The notes under the pieces are model-generated. The model was not told where the DNA came from and did no database searches. It saw nothing but the letters and a program-made list of their open reading frames with translations. Positions 49,656 to 57,659 of a stretch of 64,000 nucleotides of DNA are shown here, one piece after another. The translations under genes and the position numbers were made by a program. The stretch comes from an uncultured Nitrospirales bacterium. Lineage in GTDB: Bacteria; UBA10199; JADGCS01. How positions within the stretch are numbered: the first letter of the stretch is position 1; every line of letters starts with the position of its first letter. Location: the NCBI GenBank assembly GCA_964526915.1, contig CAZGMS010000148.1:19063-83062 (forward strand), given 5' to 3'.

Positions 49656-49985
49656 ATGCCAAACCTCCTTCTCTTGGAAGCACTCCGTGTATTTTGTGTG
49701 CAAGCACAATGCCAAAACAACACAAACATATCTCGTCGGAATCAAAGCGATTTTAGGCAACCCCCCGGTGGCGACCCGGTCGATTTTTTGACGTTTTTCT
49801 CGTTTTGATGGGCATTTTTTGTCCTCCTTGATAATATCCTGTTAGCATGATAGTTTGGGCGCTCCAGTAGTTCTTTGACTCGTGGATTTCTGACTATTCG
49901 GTATTTGCTGTTTTTTATTTGTGCGTATAGAATATGAATCTTGAAGCGCAATGCCCGAATTACGAACTATGAACCTAGAACTACG

Positions 49986-50007
49986 AAATTTGGCAGCTGC
50001 CAAATTT
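49986..50007. promoter_or_regulatory. perfect 22-bp palindrome AAATTTGGCAG|CTGCCAAATTT immediately 5' of tmRNA
   Basis: Loop-less inverted repeat ending 2 nt before the tmRNA 5' G; followed by TTTT. Confidence 0.4.
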
Positions 50008-50009
50008 TC

Positions 50010-50385
50010 GGGGCCGATAACGGTTTCGACGGGGATGACGCGTGTATGATCGGCAGGCCGAGTTGAAGGCACTCGTTAAACGACTTCACAAATCCAATTG
50101 CAAACGATAACTTTGCACAGGCACCTGAGCTTGCTCTGGCTGCTTGACCTGATCTCATAGTAGATCACGTTCATGTTGTGGATCGCCTCAGTCGATGGCA
50201 TGGGCGTAACCAATTGGGGCTCGCTTGGTAGTTTTGTCTACTGGCTACCGGGCTAAATAAAAATGGGCTGGCCAAAAAAATCCGGTCACGGGGAAACTTT
50301 TTTGGTAAGATTCAAACTGTGGCTAAGCTTGTAGAAGGCATACACAAACATTTTCGGACGTGGGTTCGACTCCCACCGGCTCCAC
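50010..50385 (+). ncRNA. ssrA: tmRNA (ssrA), one-piece
   Basis: 5' GGGGCCGATAACGGTTTCGACGGGG; 3' GGACGTGGGTTCGACTCCCACCGGCTCCA(C) tRNA-like end; internal tag reading frame GCA AAC GAT AAC TTT GCA CAG GCA CCT GAG CTT GCT CTG GCT GCT TGA gives ANDNFAQAPELALAA. Confidence 0.85.
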
Positions 50386-50430
50386 TTTTTGGGTTGTTTC
50401 ATACGATCCAATAACATTCAAAGAAATACT

Positions 50431-50458
50431 AAAAACCCACGTAACAGTGGGTTTTTTA
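50431..50458 (+). terminator. intrinsic terminator downstream of tmRNA
   Basis: AAAAACCCAC-GTAACA-GTGGGTTTTTT. Confidence 0.6.
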
Positions 50459-50564
50459 TTGCTTTTCATATCCTAGGACGTCTTTTTTTATGCGTTGACA
50501 TCTTAGGGCTAGTTGAGGCAACTTTGGGGGCAACTGCAAAACGCGGAAAGGAGTTGCCCCCAAA

Positions 50565-51809
50565 ATGAACTTAAGCAACACGCAAATCAATAACGCCAAA
50601 TCTTTGGATTCACCCTACCGACTTTTTGATGGAGACGGTCTATATTTGGAAGTGCGCCCCAATGGTTGCAAGTGGTGGCGGTTCAAATTCAGATTTAACG
50701 GAAAAGAAAATCGCATCTCGTTTGGTGTGTATCCCGAAATCAGTCTTAAACGCGCACGCGAAAGACGCGAAGAGGCTCGTAGGCAAATTGCCGAGGGCAT
50801 CAACCCAAGCGAACATCGCAAGGCCACCAAATTCGCCAAGGCAGAAAGTGACGCCATGACGTTTGAGGTGATTGCGCGAGAATGGATTGAGCATAAATCC
50901 AAAAACAAAAAACAGTCGGGTGGATTTGTAGAACGCTACGCCAAAGATTTGCTGAGACGAATTGAATACGATCTGTTTGGCCCTTTGGGCAAAAAACCGA
51001 TCACCGAAATTACAGCACCAGAAATCTTGCGTGTTTTACGAAAGGTTGAAGAGCGCGGTGCGTACGAAACCGCTCACAGGCTTTTGCAAAACTGCGGACA
51101 GATTTTTCGTTACGCCATTTCTACCAGCCGTGCCAAATACGATCCGTCACGTGATCTTAAAGACGCCCTTGTGCCTGTTTTACGCAAACACCACGCCGCC
51201 ATTATTGATCCCAACGGTGTAGCGCATCTTTTAAGGGCCATTGATGGTTACAAAGGCAGCCCCATTGTTCGCGCCGCTCTTAAGCTTGCCCCACTCTTTT
51301 TTGTGAGACCTGGGGAACTCAGAAAAGCAGAATGGACAGAGATCAACCTTGATACCGCCGAGTGGAACATCCCTGCCGAGCGGATGAAGATGAAACAACC
51401 GCATCTTGTGCCGTTGTGCAGACAAGCCATTGAGGTTTTAAAAGACCTGCACACCGTTACAGGTTCGGGACAATATCTGTTCCCCAATCCACGCTGCAGA
51501 CTCAAACCCATGAGCGACAACGCCATCCTCGCCGCACTGCGCGGCATGGGGTACACAACTGATGAAATGACAGGTCATGGTTTTAGAGCAATGGCCAGAA
51601 CGATTATGGATGAAGTGCTTGGCATCCGTCCTGATTTTATTGAACACCAACTCGCTCACGCTGTCCATGATCCCCTTGGCCGAGCGTATAACCGCACGTC
51701 ACACCTTCTTGAACGCAAAAAAATGATGCAACAATGGGGGGATTATTTGGACAATCTTAGAATGAATGTGGGTGCGGAGGTGATACCGCTGAAAAGGGAG
51801 GCGCTGTGA
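50565..51809 (+). CDS. tyrosine-type integrase (phage P4-like, DUF4102 N-terminal)
   Basis: N-terminal LSDxxxxxAK...GLYLxVxPxGxKxWRFKxRxNGKE; catalytic-domain R...HxxR...Y region (HGFRAMARTIM, HQLAHAV). Confidence 0.85.
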   Translation: MNLSNTQINNAKSLDSPYRLFDGDGLYLEVRPNGCKWWRFKFRFNGKENRISFGVYPEISLKRARERREEARRQIAEGINPSEHRKATKFAKAESDAMTFEVIAREWIEHKSKNKKQSGGFVERYAKDLLRRIEYDLFGPLGKKPITEITAPEILRVLRKVEERGAYETAHRLLQNCGQIFRYAISTSRAKYDPSRDLKDALVPVLRKHHAAIIDPNGVAHLLRAIDGYKGSPIVRAALKLAPLFFVRPGELRKAEWTEINLDTAEWNIPAERMKMKQPHLVPLCRQAIEVLKDLHTVTGSGQYLFPNPRCRLKPMSDNAILAALRGMGYTTDEMTGHGFRAMARTIMDEVLGIRPDFIEHQLAHAVHDPLGRAYNRTSHLLERKKMMQQWGDYLDNLRMNVGAEVIPLKREAL

Positions 51810-52615
51810 AAACAAACGGCAAACTACTTCCACAGCAGACCCTGCTCATTGAACTTGAGCACGTTTTAGAAACATTCACATTGGAAGAACGCAAGAGCCT
51901 ATTCGAGTACTGGGAGCATCGTGACAAATCACATGTGTTAAGAAGAGACTGGTGGCACCAAAAATTCTACCGCAGAAAAGATGAAAATGAAAAAAATGAT
52001 GGTTTTGTTGAACAATCTTTTGCCCTGAAGAGCATTGTTGTTACAGAAAAACCATACACCAGAGAGATGTTTTATAATTCCGACGGAAGATTTGGTTTGC
52101 CTAATAAACCGGTTGCCTACTTTTCAGACTGGCTGACCGGCACATGTGAGATGCTACCCGCCTTTCGAGACAATCCTCTTCTGACATCAGAGGAGTTGGA
52201 ATTATACATGTCACGCAAACTTGACCCTGATCCCACGGGGGGAAAGCTATGTGGTTATCCACGTGTATTCTTCTTACATCCTGATGTTGTGATACTAAAT
52301 TTATCCAGGCCGACAGCTTCTTTTTTTAGTATTTTGCAAAACAAATCCAGAGATCTGTTTGGCTTTGTTGTCAGCAGTATAATGAGTAGAGACAAATCGT
52401 GTTATCTATTAACCCAGGTTATTTCTTCTTTTGCCCACAAGTTCGGATTTCATGGGGCATTATATCGCTCGGTTCGCATTCCTCGTGATTGGCACTTTAC
52501 CGGTGGTGAAAATTTGGTTTTGTTTTGTGACCAAATCAATGGTGTGCCCATTGTAGAAAGAAGGATGGATAGGATTGAACGTAACAAAACTCACAACTTG
52601 AAAAACAATCAATGA
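51806..52615 (+). CDS. RES-domain-like protein (putative NAD-targeting toxin family), co-transcribed with the integrase
   Basis: GTG start overlaps the integrase stop (GTGA) with GGGAGG SD; GRFGLPNKPVAYFSDWLTGTCE and RSVRIP...ENLVLFCD resemble the R...E...S core of RES domains. Confidence 0.4.
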   Translation: MKTNGKLLPQQTLLIELEHVLETFTLEERKSLFEYWEHRDKSHVLRRDWWHQKFYRRKDENEKNDGFVEQSFALKSIVVTEKPYTREMFYNSDGRFGLPNKPVAYFSDWLTGTCEMLPAFRDNPLLTSEELELYMSRKLDPDPTGGKLCGYPRVFFLHPDVVILNLSRPTASFFSILQNKSRDLFGFVVSSIMSRDKSCYLLTQVISSFAHKFGFHGALYRSVRIPRDWHFTGGENLVLFCDQINGVPIVERRMDRIERNKTHNLKNNQ

Positions 52616-52630
52616 ATCAAAAGGAGTCTC

Positions 52631-52951
52631 ATGGCTAAGGGTGGTCACAGGGAAGGTGCGGGGAGAAAAAAGGGAAGCGCAAACCTTCTTACTCAAAAAC
52701 TTCGCGAACAGATCAACGCGCCCAGGCTGATTCGGTTGTTACAAGAAATTGCCGATGGCACGGTTGAAGGTGGTGCGTCTGTGGCCGAGAGAAAAGACGC
52801 GGCCATCGCCCTGCTACGCAAGGTATTGCCAGATTGCCGAACGGAAGATGTTGGGGCATCAACTGCCCCCACGACGGTTGTTATTCACAGCAATGTGCCG
52901 ATGGGGTTTAGTAGGAATAAAGAGAATTTTGATCTAATAAAGCATCAGTAA
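52631..52951 (+). CDS. hypothetical protein with basic N-terminus (MAKGGHREGAGRKKGS)
   Basis: ORF with AAGGAG SD; the N-terminus resembles phage small DNA-binding / terminase-small-subunit leaders; otherwise unassignable. Confidence 0.3.
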   Translation: MAKGGHREGAGRKKGSANLLTQKLREQINAPRLIRLLQEIADGTVEGGASVAERKDAAIALLRKVLPDCRTEDVGASTAPTTVVIHSNVPMGFSRNKENFDLIKHQ

Positions 52952-53008
52952 CCAGTTAAAATTATTCATTTTTTGATTAATATTCATCTAAAACCCATCT
53001 AAATTCAT

Positions 53009-54634
53009 CTAATTTGAACGGGTGATCCGCCACCGTCCTTTAAGTGATGATCCGTCATAAAATATCTTTCCGTTCTTTTTTAGTTCCTGAAGTATGTTGG
53101 AAATATCTTGAGGCAGATATTCAGAGAAGCCACTGATCAGGTCTTCGCGCCTAGACGGTTTCCCGGCTCGTATATGATTCAGTACCAATTCTTTGATCTG
53201 GTCGCGAGTCAGGCCTTTTAATCTTGTATGTTTTCCACTTTGACCAATTGTTTCGTAATAGCGGTGGGAAAGAATGTATTTGGTACCACTCGTTTTACCA
53301 ACAGCTTCAATAATACCCGCTTTAAGAAATTTTTTCTTTAAGTCGGCATTAACCATGGATTCCCCGCGTCTAACACGCTCCAATTCCAAAATTTCGTGAA
53401 CATCCAAAAGAATTTGATTTTCGCGTGCGACCTTTTCCAAAAACAAAACAAACGACTTGTCCTGCACCTGTGCTGGAATTTTAATGACAACCGAATAATG
53501 GTCACTACTCGACAAATCAGGAAGCCCTTTGCCATCACGAATACAGTGCGCAAAAATATCGTCCATTCCCTGGCCGGATCGTTCGACGAGCCCCACCTTT
53601 TCAAGCGTTTCGGCAAGTCGTCGGTTACGCCAACTCTTTTGATCAATCACATTTTCGGGTGTAATGCCCGGCAAAAACCCACCGGGGCTTTCAATCGTAA
53701 TGGACTTAGAATTGGCAAGAATGAATATCGAGCGACCACGGATTGAATAATCGCGGTGCGTGATGGCGTTTAACCAAGCCTCGCGAACTGATTTTTCATC
53801 AAACGCCATGATCTCTTTTTGAAAAAGCCCGTCTTGATACGGAATACGAAAGTTACGGGCATTAATAATCTGCCAAACGACATCATGAATTTTAAAATAG
53901 GGCTCGCGCCAACATTCGCGAAAGTCGTGGTGCGTCTGTTCCGCTGTGCTACGCCACTCAAAGATGATCTCTGAGTCAGCCAACAGTCTGTCCAAAAATG
54001 ATTTTTTACCCAAGAGAATCAGGCAGGCGTAATTCAGCCGGTTGTTTTCTATGAGATTGAGGGCATCCAAAATTTTGTGGGTGCTGTAGTTGAGAATTTC
54101 TGGACGTTTCTTTTTGTCGGCCCAAATACTTTTTAAGTTCTTAAGCGCATCGGGATCAAGATCATCAGTGGTCATGCCCTCAACAATAGTGGCCGAAAAA
54201 TCGGGCTGTACCTCATTAAGAATTTGACGTGTTTTATGGTCATCCATTTCAACAAGCGATTCACCGACTCTCATGGGATAGGTGTAATCGCCTGTTGATC
54301 GAACGCGCTGTCCTTTGTGTCTGGCGGGGATATGAAAGACGAGCACGCGCCCGTCTGAATGATTTAGTTCTTCAACATCGATTCTGATTTTAAGCTTTTG
54401 CAACAGTTCGTGTGGGAGTTTGTTATAAGTTCCAGAAAAGGCATTTGTGCCAACGACAACCCGACCATCGGTCACTCCCAATATCAGTTTGCCACCACCT
54501 TCGTTGGCTAGGGCTGCGCAATAATCGGGCAAATCCTTGTCTTTGCTAAAGCTGTTTTTTGCCGTCTTGAATTCAAGATTCAAGCCTTCTGGTTGTTTCA
54601 GCCAATGGGTGAATTGTTCGAGAGTGGTTTTCAT
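53009..54634 (-). CDS. AlbA_2 (Schlafen-like) + HATPase_c_4 + C-terminal wHTH protein
   Basis: N-terminal EGLNLEFKTAKNSF...ALANEGGGKLILGV (AlbA_2 core); central HRDYS...GRSIFI...ITIESPGG (HATPase_c_4); ATG 54634 with GGAGGG SD. Confidence 0.55.
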   Translation of the reverse strand: MKTTLEQFTHWLKQPEGLNLEFKTAKNSFSKDKDLPDYCAALANEGGGKLILGVTDGRVVVGTNAFSGTYNKLPHELLQKLKIRIDVEELNHSDGRVLVFHIPARHKGQRVRSTGDYTYPMRVGESLVEMDDHKTRQILNEVQPDFSATIVEGMTTDDLDPDALKNLKSIWADKKKRPEILNYSTHKILDALNLIENNRLNYACLILLGKKSFLDRLLADSEIIFEWRSTAEQTHHDFRECWREPYFKIHDVVWQIINARNFRIPYQDGLFQKEIMAFDEKSVREAWLNAITHRDYSIRGRSIFILANSKSITIESPGGFLPGITPENVIDQKSWRNRRLAETLEKVGLVERSGQGMDDIFAHCIRDGKGLPDLSSSDHYSVVIKIPAQVQDKSFVLFLEKVARENQILLDVHEILELERVRRGESMVNADLKKKFLKAGIIEAVGKTSGTKYILSHRYYETIGQSGKHTRLKGLTRDQIKELVLNHIRAGKPSRREDLISGFSEYLPQDISNILQELKKNGKIFYDGSSLKGRWRITRSN

Positions 54635-54737
54635 TGGGTTGAACCCTCCAGCATTTTGATGGCATCCTCAGCATGGCCATAAGAACCCATGAATACCTTG
54701 TGTCTGTCTTTTGTGGTGTTGAAGAGGGTGGATTTGA

Positions 54738-54755
54738 GGGGGGGGGCGTTTTTTT
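54738..54755. repeat. homopolymeric G9 tract followed by T7 in the intergenic region upstream of the Schlafen-like gene
   Basis: GAGGGGGGGGGCGTTTTTTTGAG read directly from the sequence. Confidence 0.6.
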
Positions 54756-54816
54756 GAGTCCTCGGCTTCTTGTTTTGTTTTGGTTTCATAATCTATCATT
54801 TCGAAAGATTGCAGAG

Positions 54817-56694
54817 TCACCACAATTCATCTGCAACGATTCCTGTAATGTCGGAAATAATTCTCTTTAATTCTTGAACTTTTGTATTTGTACTATCTTC
54901 AAGATACGTACTGAGGTCGTTTTGGCAAAAATTGATAACATGGAAGAGTCCCTTTTGAATGCCAAGATAAATTTCTAAATCACCTTCTTTTAAGACATAA
55001 GTTCCATTCGGATATTCCTCTTCAATTTTGGCAACAACATCAGTATGGTTTGCTAAAAATTGGGAAGCAAGTTGCACAGTATTTATTTTGGTAGCAGTTT
55101 CGGTTGGATAATACTTCCAAGCAGAGTCAAGGTCGGTTATAAAAAATGTTTTCAAACCAAACGGCTCAAATAAACTTCTCCATTTTGAATCGTTATTTTT
55201 GTCATTGATATCCAGAATTGTAATATCTTGAACTAACCCTTTTTTGATATTCATTTCTATCTCACCAAGTAAAGCGCGAAAAAAATATCGGTCAGAATCA
55301 CCTTCAACGAGCAATATTTTGCTCCCAAAAAATGCGTGGGTAGATCGCTTGTTGTCCAGAATTTTTACGAGCCATTTTTGATCAGTGGTAATGTTAGGCC
55401 TATTGATTTTTGTGTAACCATTGTTATCAAGAGAAAGGCGTACCACATTACTAATAGTTGCAGAATTTATAAGAGATTCCGAATGGGTTACAAGAATATA
55501 CTGGCAACCTTGTTCGATATTTAGTTTTTCTATGACACGGAGATATTCGCTCTGAAATTGATAGTGTAAATGGATTTCTGGCTCATCAATGATAACAAGG
55601 CCACCTTTCAAATCGCCTCGTCCATACGCCTCGAAAACTAAATGTGTTATGGCTTTTTGTCCTGCGCTTAGAGAGTTTATATTTGAAACGATTCTATTTC
55701 TTTTCGTATCAACAAATGAAAAAGTGAAGTTCCACTGGGAATAATCAAGGAGTTTAATTTCAACTTTGAGATTAACAATATTGAGCTTGTCATTAATGTT
55801 TTTTATAAAATCTAGATCGTTGGCTGCGGTTTCGCATTCTTTTTGATCTCTTTTGGTTCTTATCAAGTCAAAGCACGTTCCTGCCATTCTCAATCTAACC
55901 AAACTAAAAATTGATGGCTCGCTATTTTCGGCCGAGTTCATGCTCCTAGAGTATTCCGCCAATCTGATTTCTGAAATTTGTTTTGGGGCTGTATTCCCAC
56001 CACCAAGAGAAACATGAGCAGCGTAGGAGTTGTAATTTCTATATCCGCCAATCAATGCAAATGATTCGGCTAAATTGTTTATTGGCGTGCCTGGATTTTC
56101 TTCGTTATATATTTCTATTATCTCTTTATACAAGTTGTATGCGCTTAAATATGTATAGCCAATGTCTTGGTTGGTTTGGATAGCATAAGTTTTATTCACG
56201 CTGTCTAAAGTGATATCAAGTTGATATTCTCCCTGAGGTGTGCCGTCAGCAAACATTTGTTCTGCAGAATAAAGGCCGATTATTGGTGCGAGCTTATCCT
56301 TATTGTTCTTGAGGTGTTGGATATTCGCTCGGTCAATATCATCCAATTCCACTACAACTCGAATTTTTTGTTCCCTGTCCTCAAAATCGTAATTTCTATC
56401 AAGACGAAAGTCCCGGTAATATTGAACATTCGTTATTTTCGATAAAATGTTCCTTTTGTCATTAACATTAATCGTTGTCCTTTTTGTGTATAAATCCGCA
56501 TTTCTGTTGTACGGAACAAAAACAACTCTCCTAAAAATAAAATTGATCACTTCTAACACTGTTGATTTGCCAGAGCCATTTTGACCAATCAGAATGCTTA
56601 AATTTTCATCAAAGGTGATTTTTTGCGCATGCGCAATGTTAGCAACATAGGCGAAGCTAAGCACATTTGAAATTTGGAGAGCTTTGATTTTCAT
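54817..56694 (-). CDS. OLD-family nuclease-like protein (N-terminal ABC-type ATPase + C-terminal Toprim/DUF4435-like domain)
   Basis: Walker A GQNGSGKST, signature LSAGQK, Walker B VIIDEPEIHLH, H-loop VTHS; C-terminal ILLVEGDSDRYFF Toprim motif. Confidence 0.6.
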   Translation of the reverse strand: MKIKALQISNVLSFAYVANIAHAQKITFDENLSILIGQNGSGKSTVLEVINFIFRRVVFVPYNRNADLYTKRTTINVNDKRNILSKITNVQYYRDFRLDRNYDFEDREQKIRVVVELDDIDRANIQHLKNNKDKLAPIIGLYSAEQMFADGTPQGEYQLDITLDSVNKTYAIQTNQDIGYTYLSAYNLYKEIIEIYNEENPGTPINNLAESFALIGGYRNYNSYAAHVSLGGGNTAPKQISEIRLAEYSRSMNSAENSEPSIFSLVRLRMAGTCFDLIRTKRDQKECETAANDLDFIKNINDKLNIVNLKVEIKLLDYSQWNFTFSFVDTKRNRIVSNINSLSAGQKAITHLVFEAYGRGDLKGGLVIIDEPEIHLHYQFQSEYLRVIEKLNIEQGCQYILVTHSESLINSATISNVVRLSLDNNGYTKINRPNITTDQKWLVKILDNKRSTHAFFGSKILLVEGDSDRYFFRALLGEIEMNIKKGLVQDITILDINDKNNDSKWRSLFEPFGLKTFFITDLDSAWKYYPTETATKINTVQLASQFLANHTDVVAKIEEEYPNGTYVLKEGDLEIYLGIQKGLFHVINFCQNDLSTYLEDSTNTKVQELKRIISDITGIVADELW

Positions 56695-57659
56695 AAGCTT
56701 CTCTCCACAATTTTGATTTTATGTTCGGTGGGACCGTAGAGCTTGTCACCCGAATCATGTCGTTTCTTATGCTCCCCGTAATATTCGGTAAGTTTTGTGC
56801 ATATACGGTTTTTCAGATCAGGAAATTCATTAAAGGGATAATATGTCACTGTGTTTTTTACTGACTCAAGAAAGGATTTTAATTCGCTGGTCTGCTGTGA
56901 TTGGGCATCTGTAAACAAAAACCGGTGTTTGCTATGCGCAGCATTGAACTCTTTTTTAACCGCGGGTCTTATTTCATTACGAAACATTCCAATGTAAACG
57001 TCACAGTTCTTCACAGCTTCCAAATAAAGTTCTTCCGGGGGCTCTGGGGCTGGGCTGGCATCTGATTCGAATACAAACACATGATAGAGTCGTCCAATCA
57101 CTGGATCAGTTTCTATGAGAAATTTTAGAAGTTTTCGTTCATGCAAAAACTCATCCTGTGCAGAACTCAAAAAAACCTTGAGTTTATCATTGAGCTTAAG
57201 GCCCATCTCTTCCCATAATATGTGACAGTTTAATTTTGTTTTGCTTATTTCTATCTCAATTTGATGTGCTTGTTGATCCTTTATTCTGCCGGCTGTCATT
57301 GTGTCACCACGCATCAAATCATCAATGACCTGAAATAGATGATCCTTGTTATGAAAAGAAAACAACTCCTGCTCAACCATCGTCCTAAAATCACCACTTG
57401 GCAGTACATTGTACTCCACACAAAGGCGCCTTACCTCGCCAATGCAATCATCGACAATTCTTCTTCTTGTGGCCATAAATAATTCAATCTGATTATGATG
57501 CCTCATGCCGGAATTTAATGTACCCCTTGCGTTATGCCCATTATCTATTTTTATTTTGTCCTTTCGTGACTCATCAAGGTGAGCTTCAGAAATTCTTGTT
57601 TTATGATTTTGCCACAAATCAAAAATGCGTTTTTCAAATGGATTAAGTTGATTGTTCAT
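56691..57659 (-). CDS. hypothetical protein, operon partner of unknown function (possible C-terminal DUF4062-like Rossmann region)
   Basis: ATGA overlaps on both sides; no confident motif; the C-terminal segment LYHVFVFESDA...CDVYIGMFRNE weakly resembles the DUF4062 nucleoside-deoxyribosyltransferase-like pattern. Confidence 0.3.
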   Translation of the reverse strand: MNNQLNPFEKRIFDLWQNHKTRISEAHLDESRKDKIKIDNGHNARGTLNSGMRHHNQIELFMATRRRIVDDCIGEVRRLCVEYNVLPSGDFRTMVEQELFSFHNKDHLFQVIDDLMRGDTMTAGRIKDQQAHQIEIEISKTKLNCHILWEEMGLKLNDKLKVFLSSAQDEFLHERKLLKFLIETDPVIGRLYHVFVFESDASPAPEPPEELYLEAVKNCDVYIGMFRNEIRPAVKKEFNAAHSKHRFLFTDAQSQQTSELKSFLESVKNTVTYYPFNEFPDLKNRICTKLTEYYGEHKKRHDSGDKLYGPTEHKIKIVERSL

